From: Phoronis australis
Lineage: Eukaryota > Animalia > Phoronida
Length of the DNA: 64,000 nucleotides
Assembly: GCA_002633005.1 (NCBI GenBank)
Contig: NMRA01000620.1
Coordinates: forward strand, 62,001 to 126,000
Direction: 5' to 3'
This document shows positions 1 through 14,468 of the stretch, piece after piece (the first letter of the stretch is position 1; each line of letters begins with the position of its first letter). The position numbers were made by a program, and so were the translations under genes. A model generated the notes under the pieces. It worked only from the letters and a program-made list of their open reading frames with translations, was not told the DNA's origin and did not search any database.

Positions 1-2196
1 ACACGTGAATCACGGCAAAATCGACGGCATTTTCCAGTTCGAGCTTGCTGTACATGAGCAGATATAAAACATCTTCGAGCGCTAACGCGAGGCTGCGAAG
101 ATACTAGAGGTGTTCCGGATGGACTGTGACACGTCACTCATATAAGCGGGTCATTCGGACTTATGCCGGATGTTTCCGACTTCCGTCGTAGTTTTTGAGT
201 GCGTGTTCGAACGTGTGCCTAAGACAATTCGTTGTACTCTCGATTGTTTGCCAAGTACAGTACCACTTTTCACGTAATTGTAGCAGTTCTCTTACATGTA
301 CGCAAGGTGAGACTTAAGTGCCAGTTGTAAGCCGTCTCAAATAAAAAGATAAATTTTTGACGGAAATCTGGCTTGTAAGAGTAGAAAAACGCCGATCTAT
401 TGGAAAGTGCATGGAGGACAGTCATTAGAGTGAAGTTGCAGTATTACGATCCGACGTAAAGTGCAATGGTAAGATTTCAATTTAACCGGAGATATGCGTT
501 AAAGCGCCTTAAATTGATGTTTAGTCGATATCAGATTTCATCCAGACATTAACTTTGCACACGGTGATACTCCTGACGTATTTCGTAAAATTTTTCAACA
601 TTTTTTTCCATTTAGGTTAGGAACCCAAAACTTTGCATAAATCAACCTACAGAATTTTATTGCGCACAAATGCTGTAGCACGCGGTGCGAAAACGTTGTT
701 CAACGCTGCTTATCCGCGTTTTTCTGCAGTGTGTCGATTTCGCGCTCGACGGATGTACATATATTCCAGAGCGTTTTTGAATTTGGACAGGAGCCTGAAC
801 ATCGAGGTGTGTTTAGATGATGATGACATTTCTGCTACTGTAAAAGTGGTTGAATTCCTAGATTTCTTCTCAACTACACAGTCTTGTCAGCTCACCTATG
901 TCATATTCACAGACATTATTCCACATTTCATCGTGCTACATTAGGCTAAATTAAACGGGCACAGGAACAACTGATGGGATAGTGCCGAAATCCCAGCATT
1001 AAAAAGTCAAACATAAGCTTAAACTTAGTGAACAAAATGACAGTGTGTACAATTTAATGACGTGTCTGCCTCTTGAAAAAATATTTGGAAAGTTCAAGGT
1101 CTGTTTCGGGAGAGCCACCATGTACAAACTTGACAAATATTCGACACGAATGGGCCGGATGACATGTTATTTTCAATTAGATGCACTATACCTTTCGACA
1201 CTGAAATTAACTTTTCAACATGTAATTTGTGAGCAAAAGACGGTAAACAACCACACTACGTGCAAAATACCGGAGGAGATGGCGACCGCAGCGACCTCCC
1301 CTCCTAGCAATGACGGTAGTGATAAATGTGCAATTCTTGGCAGGGTTGAAAAATGATGTCGCTTAGCGCCGACACATTCAGCAATCCATGCAAGGAGAGC
1401 GGAGTTAAAAGCACATTTTTGACGAGAAAAGTAATTGGTACTAGCGCGGAAGCTATTCCACTGGTTCCGCAGTAGCTCCAGCAGCCATGTGATCTGTCGG
1501 AAACGCAAATCCAACGCGTTCAATATCACTTGTCTTTTTAATCGTATTTAAAAGGTTAAGACATCGGTTTCATATTTCAGTCGTCTTGCTGATTCATGAA
1601 ACCTTCAGGAGATATGAAATAGAACCATGCTACACCCCTCACATATCTCTACTTGCCTTGTTGGTTTCTTCTCTCGAACTATGGTTTCCTTACTCACTAA
1701 CATACTTCCATCTACAGTAGCTCTGGACTCACAGTCATTTTTCACCAGGTGAGTCCTCATGAACTAGCAGAGACTATTGGGGGTTCTTTTATTACGCAAA
1801 CCTTTCATGCGATCGTCGGTAATAAGTAACTCGTGCGTTTTAAGTGATTTAAGAGTGCATCGCTTCAAAAAACCTGACGTCTAACTAATGCCGGTCTTAT
1901 GACTATTTAGATCAGTAAAATGTCGAGGCACAGCACAAATGAGTGGAGGTACAGCTCAAGGGAGTGGAGGTGCTTCGTAAAGCATGTCTATGGACTCAAT
2001 TGGAAGGGATTGGTCGTATTATCTGGGTGTATCTCTAGTTGTTGCTTGCTNGATCTGCCACTAAGGCATATATGTCTGAACATATGAGATGATCCATGTA
2101 AGTGTCTAGCATAGCAGGTGCGTTTAAAATGACGCTTCTTGTGAAGCTGTCACACCTTAACAATACTACACGTCAGTTAATTGTCTACTGTTTTCG

Positions 2197-2313
2197 CATT
2201 GGGAGATACAGTCTGTCTCATTGGGAGATACACTCTGTCACATTGGGAGATACACATGAGTCTGCCGCAATGGGAGACACAGTCTGTCACATTGGGAGAT
2301 GCAGTCTGTCACA
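2197..2313. repeat. ~22-bp minisatellite x5
   Basis: CATTGGGAGATACAGTCTGTC-like units. Confidence 0.85.
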
Positions 2314-2678
2314 TCTAATCAACATTGATTAATCCAAATGTATATAATAGACTGTTAAAGTCAGTTTTCTAAGAATAGGATAGTTTATGATAATATACAA
2401 AATTTGGCACAGTATTCTTTATATTGAAGTTTATTTAAGTTCTGTCACTCAGAATTAACAGAGCCAGAGGACTTAAAATGGTTATTTTCGTAGAGTTCAT
2501 TAGTTGATGACATGGTTCTCGACTTATTTCAAAACATGTTACCTGAATTCAGGCACGCACCTGTATAAATGTATTGTGTGTAGTATAACGTAGGCCCAAG
2601 TCAGCAATACTTGAAGATAGAGGGTAGGCGGAAGTCAACATTCTGCAATGCATAAGGTATTGACACACGACAACTCAC

Positions 2679-3236
2679 CACATAAGCTGGATACTGATGC
2701 TTGTCCATAGAATCCGACTTGTGCTTCAGCAACGACTGGGCGTGTTGGGGCCCTCTAATGTACAATGCACCAGAATCAATTTTCGGGCCGCTGGCCTTGA
2801 CGTCAGCATTGTCACTCGCTTCCTTGTTACCCTGAGATATCATCATCCCCTTTATGCCAAGGGCGTTGGCGTCTATGGCAGGAGTGGTGCCGGCCTGTTT
2901 AGTGTCCTTACGTTGAAGCCCCTGCGCCGTGAGTGCTCGGCGAATTCCCACGGCACCGCTGTCGAGTCCCGAGACCGACGTTTTAGGTACATGACTAGCG
3001 CAGTAGACTTCGTGATCATCGGAATCACGAGGATTTGCCTTGAATGAATTCAAGTTCAGATGCTGTTGACAGTGGGCGCATTTAAAACACGCCTGGTGAA
3101 ATATGACATCGTTCACTGGACCTATCTTCTCGGCTTGATACACGCTCAGTCCGCATCGGTAACATTTCGGTGTCATTTCCGACATGAAACTCGTTCGCTG
3201 GCGCTGGACTCCCGAGTAATTCGTTATAGCCGCCAT
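2679..3236 (-). CDS. Hil: Hillarin/LTD-1-like LIM-domain protein, first coding exon (gene continues left of the window)
   Basis: ORF 2601..3236 encodes a LIM domain: CYRC..VYQAEKIGP...FHQACFKCAHC...DDHEVYCASHVPK followed by LDSGAVGIRRAL. This closely resembles the hillarin N-terminus as I recall it (C.RC..VYQ..R.GP...FH..CFKC..C...DDKEVYCSSHVPK...LD..SVGIR.AL). A GTGAGT donor at 2678 closes a 558-nt phase-0 exon after ...HQYPAYV. Confidence 0.85.
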
Positions 3237-6200
3237 GTTAGCACTCGTTTATACCACACGATCGTGTAAAACCGACTATGTGCGCTCCGGCGAACAACAA
3301 TAGGAGTCAAACAAAGGTTATTGAATAACTAAATCCTGTGCATACCTGAGAATACGTCACAACGCAAGTGGCCGCTAAAAATAGACCACAGCTTAATGGC
3401 AATTCTCCGCTTCTCGGTCACGCTGTGGCGTTGTCTCCACGGATTTAAAGCGGGAATGAAATGGATCAGACTAGGGAATGCGTGAATGAGACGTAGTTCC
3501 CATCAGAATACGTTCACTCAGGCATAAATCAACTAACTACATACTATAAACAGTAGATAAAATAAACCAGTTAATTTCCCAGGTGCGCTACTGGCGGGTG
3601 CGGCTCGGCAGTGAGTAATTACTGTGAATCACAGTGTTGGCGACTGACTAACTACACAGTCCTTAAGCCAAGGAGATGTTTTGAAGAGATAACTCCGAGT
3701 TCCCTTTCTCCGAATTCAAGTTATAATTTTGTCTTTTTATAGAAATAAGACAATAAAACTTACCGCGCTTTCAACGAAACAGTCTATTTTAATGACAAAG
3801 ACAGTTGATGACTGGGAAATTATCAACTCCAATGAACAGTTCTAAACCTCTTTAAACCGGTACATCTATTGAGTTAAATTATTTTTTCGAAAAGGAACAT
3901 GGCATTTCAATTTCATCCCGAGTGGAAACGGCAACTGGTATGAAAGGTCGAAATTACTTCTTTTTTAGTACACCTGTTGCTGCGTTATTGATACATTATT
4001 GTCTAGCATACGTTGATCAGCATTACACGACACATTTGATGTTATCTGCTATCACTAAGTTTAAAACGATTATTCTGTGTAGTGGCTGTTGGCACAAGAT
4101 CCAAGTAGGCGGAGTTACTTTTTATATGCCCACATAATGTAGGATGCGTATTTCCGTCATCTCTGACCGGTGTCAGATGTCAGGCTTCCGCGGTCCGACA
4201 TCCGTCCGGTGTCCCCCGGTTGTACATCCTAAAGAACTTGTAGGATGATCTTTGTCAGTTCTCATGGGCTTCCATGAAGACAAACGACGCCGACTTTTGA
4301 CGGACACGACTACATGTACCGCTCTGTGATGCGGCTGTGGGATTTTACAAAAGAGCCCCCGCTAACACAAGCCACATATATATAAGACGACTCTTTCGGA
4401 AAAAAGATAAGAAATCACCAATGGCGTTTCGGGATTTTTATGCATGCCTAGCATGGAACAAATGCATATGGGGAATTTGTCAGTGTGTCATTGTTTTCCC
4501 AATTGCGTCCTGAAAAGTGCGGTTAGTTCAACGGTTAATCCGGAGGCGTCTTCGGACTGGTCTTACTTCATTACCAGCAATATTGAAACCGTGAACTGCG
4601 CATGCGGGAAAATCACTCAGTTAGCCCCCTTCAGGATACATGGGATTCGCAGAAAACACAGCGTGAGGGTCTTATTTGTGAATCAATCACATTTGCCGAT
4701 AGCACATAACATAGATAAGTATTTTGTTAAAAACGTGGCCACTGAAGTTTCAGCAAAATTGGAAAAAAAATTATGTTTAACATGGTATGGCCAAAGTTTT
4801 GGCTTATTTTGTCGCTTCGATCAGTGGAATCGCCGCTAAAAACCCGAAAGTGCATGTGAGAAAACGATAATTTTCGACCAAGCCTTTCATGTGCGGTTAG
4901 TTGCCGATAGACCCAACAGATGTCAGTATAATCAAGATTTTGGAGTTTGAAGAAAATTAGACAACATTTTGCATTTAACATTGGGTCGCCGAAAGTTGTC
5001 AATTTTGGCCTTTTGATATCAGTTTATCATCATAGACTACCATTAGTGGGTCTAGTTAATTCGAAGTTTTTGGTTAAATCACTGATAATATCCACACCAG
5101 TATACTAATAAACGTTTTCTCTATATATAGCAGTTTGATTCCAAAGCTAGTGCGTACAACAGGAATTGGCCCTTGACCGGCCCGGCCCATAGTAGTATGG
5201 GAGCTAAAATTCAGCTCTAAACCAAAGTAGCTGTGTGCGGAAAACTCACCTGAGATGTTTACGATCCACTTCAGGGAAAAAAAACCTCGTTGTATCTAAC
5301 AATAATTTGTTTCCGAGTACTTCGGGCATGGTTTAAAATTGAAAGGGGTCATTACAAGTTGAATTTATGAGAATTGTATTGTTGCATTGCAAACTGAAAA
5401 CTAATTGAGGTAGTGCAAGATGCAACGAGTAAGGACAGCTTTGATTTGCTTACGAGTGGTGGCTCATGATATTGGCCAGACATCTGTAATAATATGTTTT
5501 GTCTTTCCTTTTTAACGGAATTTATTTGAACTTTGGTAATTTTGGGCTACAAAATGTAGAACAACCTTTCTGGTGCTTCTCTCCAGTGAGACACGCGAGA
5601 TCAGTGAACTTAAACGCTAACTGGTCCATAAGCGATGACCTAGTTTACGCAGAGAACCTGGCGGATGACCTAGTTTACGAATTGCTGGTAATGTGCCGGA
5701 AGCTAAACAGCCGACAAAGAGAAATATGACAGATGTTCCAAGTCCATGACCGGTGTTTCTTCGACTCCCCCTGACAGTACATGTAACCGATCTACCTTTG
5801 TCTAAAATGCCCCATTACAGCGTCCTGTCGTTCAGTAACTTTTCCAGACGTGAGGGGTGCTGAACGTGCGATAATATCTGGGTTAACTTAACTTTCATTT
5901 TTATCAGCCCACCCCAGTCAGGCTAGATACGATCTGATCGGAGATTAGAGCAATTGTCCAAACAAAAGAGCGCAGGCCCTCCAACCATCAACACCAGAAT
6001 GGAGTTAATTGGCTACGGGTGGGGGTAAACTTCCCAACTTGTTGTTGGGCTATACAATCGAACAAGTTGGGAGCAACGGGATGTCGCCGTCATGCGCAAG
6101 CACGCGGATAGAGTCGCGCTCAGGACCTTGACAAACGACTTCGACTTTTATTGCAAATCGATCAAAAATGTCACTGATTCGATCTCGCAACTAAGTTAAT

Positions 6201-7449
6201 TCTACCTAGTAAATGGTTGTTATTCACGCTTAAAATGTGGAACGACCTCGGACTGCTCAGTGACTTAAAATTGGAACTCGTGAGATAGATCGTAACGGTA
6301 ACCGTCCCATCAATGTGCTTTACACTAATGCCACTTTTTTCCGAAAGAGCCGATCATCGGGGACTTTTGGGAACGCAAAAGCACTTCGGAAACGAGGCTC
6401 TTTAGGGTACACGCACCGTTATTAACAGTTTATTTTTGTGTTTGCCTCTGTATCTTCGGAGTTCCTTAGCAGATTTTCTTAAATATGCAACATGTCTTTT
6501 CATATTTTATGATTTTCATGTATTCTGATCCACAAAGCATGTTATTTTTGGCGCCTGCTCCTTTATCCACGAAACCACCTAAAGAATCCTCCGATAAATT
6601 GGCAGTAGTGTGAAGACTACAACTGACCTTTATTTCATTGGACAGGTACTTCACTGCTGTGGTGCCCCCTATTGGCAATTCCTCAATGGATGTCCACGAA
6701 CTTTAGCCTTCCTATTTACAGACTAGTTCGGTGTATTCTTTGTCACCTTCTGGTAATTTTTAATCTATCTTTGCCTTTCAACCCTCACCCCCCCCCCCCC
6801 CCCCCCNTCCTAAGAAGAGCTCGCCTCATGACTTTCGGATAGGTCCGAATACAAAAGGCTGCCTCTACAGAAAAGTGACACGTATAGAAGAGAGCATAGA
6901 TGACTTGTTTTGCGTCTCCTAGCGGGTGTTTCAAGTTGACTTGTTGGTCTCTCTAATAGTGCTTCAGTAATAACAATCCTTTTGTATCTGTGTTCTCTGC
7001 GATGCACAACTGGACGGCTATCAACGCTCTGTGTTGCTCTTACTTGCTAATCTATTTTTTAAATTGCGTCTTTCTCACAAACTCCGTCTCCCGCGATACA
7101 CTACAGAACTTTGCTGTGCCAGTTTCGGCACCTCCTTGGTCCTAGGTAGTGCACAGGCTCTCTATTTAAATTCAATGTGTTCTATTTTTTCTCGCAGGCC
7201 ATTTTTTCACGGACGCGGAGGGACCGTGGCCAGTTTCGTACCAGACTTTGTGACGTCATTCTGTCGGCTTAATTTCACTCCCTCCGGCTTTCGTCGCGTA
7301 TGCACTTCTTCGGGCCTGTTGCCGCCAAAATTAATGATGTTATTAAAAACTAATTTTTCCTTGAGTAAACTTAATTATTCACCGATGCTGGAAAAAGTGG
7401 CGTATGGTATTTTGCTGCTAAATCAAGGGCGGCGCACCAGAGTGGGGTG

Positions 7450-8230
7450 GCGGGGGCTATAGCCTCCCCACTTTTTTCAGTGCTGCGCCGCCCATGTAAA
7501 GATGTGGTGGGCTTCTGTGGGTCAGCTTTCGGCGCCACTGCATCACCTATTGGCGAATTTCCTAGATTCTTCAATCAAATCTGTTCTTCTTTTTCACGAG
7601 GTTTCATATCGTTACATGTTTTTAGTATTCTAATACCAACAAACTCAATTTGCATCACAGCGGAGCTCGGGGGCTATAGCCTCCCACTTTTTTTCAGTCG
7701 CTGCGCCGCCCATGTAAAGATGTGGTGGGCTCCTCATGCTGTGGGTCAGCTTTCGGCTCCATTGCGTCACCTATTGGCCAATTTCCTAGATTCTTCAATC
7801 AACGCTGTTCTTATCTTCCACGAGGTTTCATTTCGTCAAAAGTTTTTAGTATTTTAATGCCAGCAAACTCACTTTGCTGCAAAGCTGTCACCATCTTAGG
7901 AGAGATATGCAAAAATTCAGGAAAGGACCCGTGTGCGTGTCAAGAGCGCATTGTTTTCAAAATGACGGCATGACTTTCTTTGTTACAAAAGGCGGAGAAT
8001 TCGCAATAAATGATGTTTGTTAGATTGTTTTTTCCCACTTAAACGGCTACAACGGGCGAGGTTAGTGTCGGTCGATTTTCACATATTCTGCATGCAACCC
8101 TGCAGGTCGTTAGCTGAAGTTTCATAATGAGGTGACGAGCTGAGTTAGCGGGTTGTGTGAAGTTTCGGTGTCTAGAACGCTGCTCACGACACAGCTACCG
8201 AGCTGTAAGTTGACGATAGTCTTCATACAG
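7450..8230 (+). mobile_element. Repeat family A-related copy with an internal ~220-bp tandem duplication
   Basis: GGGGCTATAGCCTCCCACTTTTTTCAGT...CACCTATTGG occurs twice (near 7452 and 7669); CACTTAAACGGCTA.AACGGGC.AGGT at 8036 matches 45758. Confidence 0.65.
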
Positions 8231-11200
8231 CTAGCTGGCTTTATAACTTAGTATGTAGATTTATGATGTGACTTTTGTAAATACGCTGTATTGTGTACAA
8301 TGGCAGTATTGTTAATGCTTCCTTAGTTGATTATCGTACATAACGTTACGACATTGTCAAATGTTCAGGAAAAAAACAGTTTTACTCCCAGCCGCACACC
8401 CTGCCTGAATCTGAGAGAAATTCCGATTGAAGCTTTAAAATAAAACGGTATCCTCAAGAAATATTCCTGTCTCTTACGATGAACACTAAATGTTCTCTTG
8501 CAGGTGTACCTTTTTGCCCTCAGTCGGCATTTCCTACACACTAGCTGCTACTCGTGCTTAAGCTCGAGTAACAGCTAGTGTATGAACAAAAGAGTGGTAT
8601 AACCATGCAGGTACATGTACGGTTGGATTGCAACTCAGCGACATGCGGGATCTCAAACAATCAAATGCAATATACAAAAGCACCATCTTTTTGTTTCACA
8701 GTAACGAGTGTTGACGTGTGGATCTATTTGAATTATTAGTCCCAGGCTACCAAGAGCATCCATAAACACATCTGCGTCCATGAACATTGGTCAGTGGCTG
8801 ACTCACACACAAGGCCACCTTGTTAGTATGTGTTTTTAACCAACTTAAAAGTTGTTTATTTCAATATCAAATTTCGTGGGGACGAGAACTTTCATGTCGC
8901 GGAGAGGTGATTCCGTTACCAAATGCAAGAGATGTCTAATTAATTATGCATTATACAAATCGGAAGATAATATTCAACTTGTAATCACATTGAACAGTGT
9001 GTGGGAAATGACTTAGTTACGCAGTGTTGCACTTATTCGACATTGTATATATGTATATTATACAGCCCTTGAAGAGGGCTCGTTGATGGCACCCATGGCC
9101 GAACGCTTCCTGTTTTCATCAGGAATCCTACATGCATGCCTCTCTTCACTTGTCGCCGTGTATTTGTGAAATCGTGCATTCTGTTATGTTAAGCAAAGTC
9201 GGCCTCTGTAGGATGCTCATCAAGAAAATGAGTAAAACTGTTACTCATTTCCACATTTTTATTGATATGGTTTGTCATCCTAAAGGAGAAGGACACCAAA
9301 AAAGCAACGTATTTTGTATCTATTTTGATCGAGTAGTCCCACTCAATAACAGCAAGATTGGTTCTTTTACCTGACACCAGACGGCAGACGGAGGTGCTGA
9401 AAATAACCAATAACGTCATAGGTTTTAACATAAGTGTTCAGCAGTTCACAACACGGCTTACTGGTGTTAGCTTAACGTTTGGCTTCATTGCTTTACACCA
9501 ATAAATCATCAAAATCGGATGCAAAACCCTTATAGATACATTGAGTTTTTAAACAAACGAGTTGTTTTATTTCGCTGTTACGGATTTATGGAACTTTTCA
9601 ACGTACCGTAGCCAAAAAACTTTGGTAGGCCAACATGCCTACTAGGTCGGTCGAGGGGAGTGTGGATCTGTTCGGTGATAAATTAGAATTATTCTTCGTG
9701 AAATACAGACAGGAGAGCGTAGCCGTGTGTTGTAATTTTAGACTAACGAATTTTTTTAGATTTAAGCACACAAAACGCTCGTTGTAACCTAAGTTGCTCG
9801 GAACCCGGTTAGGCCCGTCGCCGGCGGCCCGATTGGAGAAATCACAAACATAAACCAACCGGGTTACTCAGCTGCCAAAGTTGAAAATTAACTTCCAGTC
9901 ACGAAAAGACTAGATTAGTGGACCAAAGAAATAATGTGCACGTGAATATTTTGGTAAAAACGCCTCAAAATTGCAAATATACTTGCCCGTCGGGGGCCGT
10001 GAAGCCAGGTTCCCCTTCCATAGAACCGCGCAGATGAAAAAGTGCACAATTATAATAATGATTCGAATAATGTATTAATGTATATATCTAAATAAAAATT
10101 CCCTTAATGCCAGACCTTAGCATAAAATATATTATTGTTTCACAACTGGTTTGTGTCATCAAACACTGAATTAGAATGCGCTCACACGGCCCGTGCCTCA
10201 TTATATACTAGACGTTACGTAAGAAACACGTAACTAATGCGCTTTACCGCTATGGGAGCATTATTAATATAGGAATCAACATACCTAACGCCCGTACTTT
10301 TACATATACTGAGCTAACTAGTCAGCATTTCAAGCGAGGTTCACGAAACAAGGCATCAAAACTCCATGAATAAGGCCATCAAAACTCATCCACGAACATC
10401 GACTTTTTTGCTTAACGAGTTACGGTGCTGACCTACCTTGTACCACATCTGGTTGTCAGTAGCCACATTCTGATAGGTTCTGTGTGAATTGTATGGAAGA
10501 ATGTTATACACACAGCTTATTATGTTAAATTGTCCTATATCGTCTTGTACTAATTTTATCGTTTCCTGTTGTTTGGTATTTGGAAATTTTACTTCGCTAA
10601 TGGTCAGTTATTGGCGGCTTAAGCTTTTGCTGTCCGCCTAAGCGATGTTGAAATAACTGCTTTTTTCTCACGCCAACGACTTTGTATACTCTTGAACTGC
10701 GTTCCGTAAACGAGAAAATCTGGCGCCGAAAACGTGAGATGACACAGTGTATAACCAATACCGCTCCTGTAGTTTGCGTAGCGAGATTCATGCGTTTGGA
10801 GTGAATCTCCATCCAGACCTGTGTTGGTGACCCGGCCACGAGGCTACTGTCTGTTGCGTTATATTGGAGTCGGCGGATGAAACAGGTGGCCGGGCTTACC
10901 AACCCGCCGAGTCGATGATGGGCAGTGACATGGACATATGAAGGGGGCAATGTACCTGAGGGATTGGTCTATCTTTGGTTTTTACTCGACCACTGATACT
11001 ATCTCAGAGAGAAGATTTGTTGAACAAGCATCGTCAGCTCGCTTTGTTGTAACGGATTTTTACGGTTTCAGGCGTCTGCCTGGTCAAATCAAAAACAGCG
11101 ACGTGTGACAACGTCCGGGCGGCCAGTGATATTCCACGGGCTATTCGACATTAGGCCTACCTCATACCGGAAGTTACCGCACTATCGTGTAATAATAACT

Positions 11201-14185
11201 TTAGTGCTTAATAAGCTTATGCACATCAAATAATTGCGAGCGAGTAGAGTTACACTGATAGCTATGAAATCTTGTCCCTTGTGGATGTTGTCATTTTGCA
11301 TGCGTTACATGAAAGGAAGTGTGTGACGAAATAACGCATTTATTTCATGTAAACCGACTTCTAGCTCCTCTTACGGCCGCATTTAAGCTAAGGACTATGC
11401 ACAATCAACAAATACGTCCGCGTGTGTTTTTCAGATAGTTTTCTTCCGGCCTCTGCGTTCACAATTAACCTTGGTACATGTCTCAAAAATTTTGATGATG
11501 TTATGATACCAATGATTTTAAGCAATGTTTATTTTATGATACTTATCTCTTCAACCTGTTGGTAATTGCAAAAATCAATAAAGTAAAATATTGCAACTTG
11601 CAGCTCATAAATATCGTTATCAATCATTGCTGTGGGACCAAAATCCATATATGAAAAAAGCGCATTGTCGTGAGTCTAGGGTCACTCTTTAGCTTTCATA
11701 GACAGTGTGTAGATGTTGCCATCATCAGCGGAGAAACGTGAATGCAAACTCCTTGTCTCTTGCTCCTGCCTATGAAGCCAAGGGTCGTCAAACTGTGGAT
11801 TGTACGAAACTTTTGCCAGATTTCTCTGTATTAGTTTAAACCAAAGTAGATTAAAAGAAAAGCTTAATTTGTATAATCAAACACGTGATCGTCGATGTTG
11901 CCGAGCATGGTTATTGTGGAACAGGCGTGCGTCATTCATTTCGCGTGGCTATTCAGTCCATTTTTATATGAATATCCATAGTAAACCGGGTTTCTTTCGA
12001 CACTTGACAACAAACTACCAAGAACCTCACCCATCAAACTTTCTCATTTTATACATGATTTAATTTAGACTCGAAAAGTCACAAATGGTAAGTCAGAGGT
12101 GAAAACCGTACACTCAGTTCAGATACAAAACAAATATAAAATGCTTGCATTTAATAGCTGGCACTTAAGTGTTGTACCTTCTAAGAAACCCGCAAAGCAA
12201 TCTCATTGTGATGCCAAATAGGACCCCATCACCAATGTCGATTCTAACTACATGGGCACTGGAAAAAGGTCGACATAGTCTATTCGGAGTTTTGCAAAAA
12301 TCTAGTCATGCGGCAGTACTAGATAACTATATACAAAGTACAACTCTTTATAATTTTGCGAGAGCACTTTTAAATTTAAATTCAGTTCTCATGTGCCACG
12401 AGCGGCTGGGTAGACTAAAACTCAATATTTACTTCGTGTGGATAATCTTGCATTAACCATTGACTTGCCGCAAAACAGCGGTACATGTCGTTTGAGTGAG
12501 TGTAGAGAGCAGGAAATCCATATGGACGCTGGCGTTGAACGCTGTTCACTAAAGGCGATCTTCAGCATCAGAGCTTATCTAATAAAGTCGTCTATATTTC
12601 TCCAAACGGCTATTGCATGACATTACACTTAAACTGATGCTTACAAACCAAATTCAGCAATTCAGGGATATTCAGTATTTTATTTCTGCCACGGTTAATC
12701 TTTAATCTTAATGTCTCATCCTGCATTCCATAGTTTACGAGCGCAAAAAGCACGGCATAACTGTTACATAAACCGGATGTCCTGCTGCACGCAAGAATTA
12801 TTGTTTTGATTGGCTTAGTAAGTGGAATTCTATCTTAATACCATATCTCTTGCTTATTCAAACAGGTTTCCTTTCAGGTAAATAAAGTACGTTTCAGTCG
12901 GACTCGGAAACAGCGCCTCAATATGGGCTCAGAAGAAGATCACGTCAGTCTGATACTGTTATCAGTGTACATAAACACTCGGTGCTGGAATTTTAGACGA
13001 ATTTCTGCAAATGAAGTCAAAGTCTACATTGATAAGCAAATACATTGACCGTAAGTTCTGATCTTGTTTGCTAAAGTGTAATCTTAATTAAGATAATTCA
13101 TTTCCTTTTATGACAGCCTTGTTGATGCAGACAACATACTCGCTCGCATCTTTTTGAAAGGCTGTTAGAGGTGGACTAGTTTGTGAGAAATTGTATTGAA
13201 TTATTTAGTCTACCTCTGACAATGTAGAATTTCGTGTGATATGTTTCAGGTTGTTAACATTTCTTGACTCAAATACTGACTACTGTCTCAGCGCCATTTT
13301 ACGATAAACATGTAAGCCCAAAGGCAGAAAGGATGAGCTACAAGACTCAATGAAAACAACGAGTAAAAACAAATATAAACTGTTATTAATCATTTTAACA
13401 GCGATGAATACATATTCACATAAACGTCGAATGACGAAGATTCTTTTTAGCACTTGAATGCGTAACAACGTCACAAGCGAGTGAGTGGTCATTTTTTAGT
13501 TTGATATACACAAATACAATCACAAATTAGTCAGATACGTGTGAATGTAAAATATACTAACGAAAACTACATATCCTATTCTAAAGCGTCCTAGTTATAC
13601 CGTTATCTGCACTTAAATGTAGAAGGGGAAGTACAGTATGGATTCAATAACCAGCTGCCATACTAAATGCATGCATATATACAGTGTAGTATCTAACAGC
13701 CCAGGTATTACTGAAGCAATTTTCAGTTCAGTCCATAGGCTCTTGTGTGTCTAATAATTATTTCCAACCTCAGCCGGCGTCGTTCATAAATGCTTTAGTT
13801 CGAATGTTATCATGCCAGCAGAGCAGTGTCAAACAGTCAAATGGAATTTGTTCAAAAGAACAGCAAAAGAAGGTACATTGTACAATGCCTACCATCGATA
13901 AACTGACAACTTTGACAACGGCAAAACTAAACCATGAATGAACTAGTAGGGAGATCACCTCCTCTACATGTACAGGTACTTCACGGCAACATTTTGCAAG
14001 TTACGTGGGGGTATAGTGGCCAGTGGTGGATTTACTAGGTTAAAAAATAAAATCGTAGATCTGCCACTGGGAAGTCGCACTCAAGGTTTGAAATTCCAAC
14101 TTGATAAAGCGACCATTTCAAAAACGTTTGTGAAATTTACATAAACCTATCCATAAAAGGTCAATTTTGTTTAGCTGCTTAAGTT

Positions 14186-14468
14186 TTAAGACCTACTTTC
14201 GTACAAGTCGTTTTCGAGCATTAATGCTGAGTTTCTATTGGACGAATGGTCTTCATAAGCTTCGTTTTCTACTCCAGATGCTTTTAGACTTTTAGTCGAC
14301 TGAGCATAGATGTCACCACTATCCGCTGACTCTTGCGGCACGCGATAGTGCGCATTTCCTTTCTGGTGGCTAACGCTTACCCCTCCATTTCCAGTTGAGT
14401 TCATTTCACCGTACATAGGATTGTCAAAGTCAGTGTCACTATCATCTCTTGCACTCTGCCTATTTTTT
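14186..14468 (-). CDS. CUB/CCP receptor terminal exon: cytoplasmic tail
   Basis: TTACAG acceptor, phase 2, in frame with ORF 14186..14416: KNRQSARDDSDTDFDNPMYGEM...HYRVP...DIYAQ...ENEAY...ENDLYESRS*. Confidence 0.85.

Noticed and set aside
9065-9125. TTGAAGAGGGC...GGCCGAACG, hammerhead/Penelope-like
   Set aside because: Core nucleotides and stems are incomplete
10715-10845. TGGCGCCGAA and TGGTGACCC resembling LTR primer-binding sites
   Set aside because: No adjacent TG...CA LTR pair or gag/pol sequence
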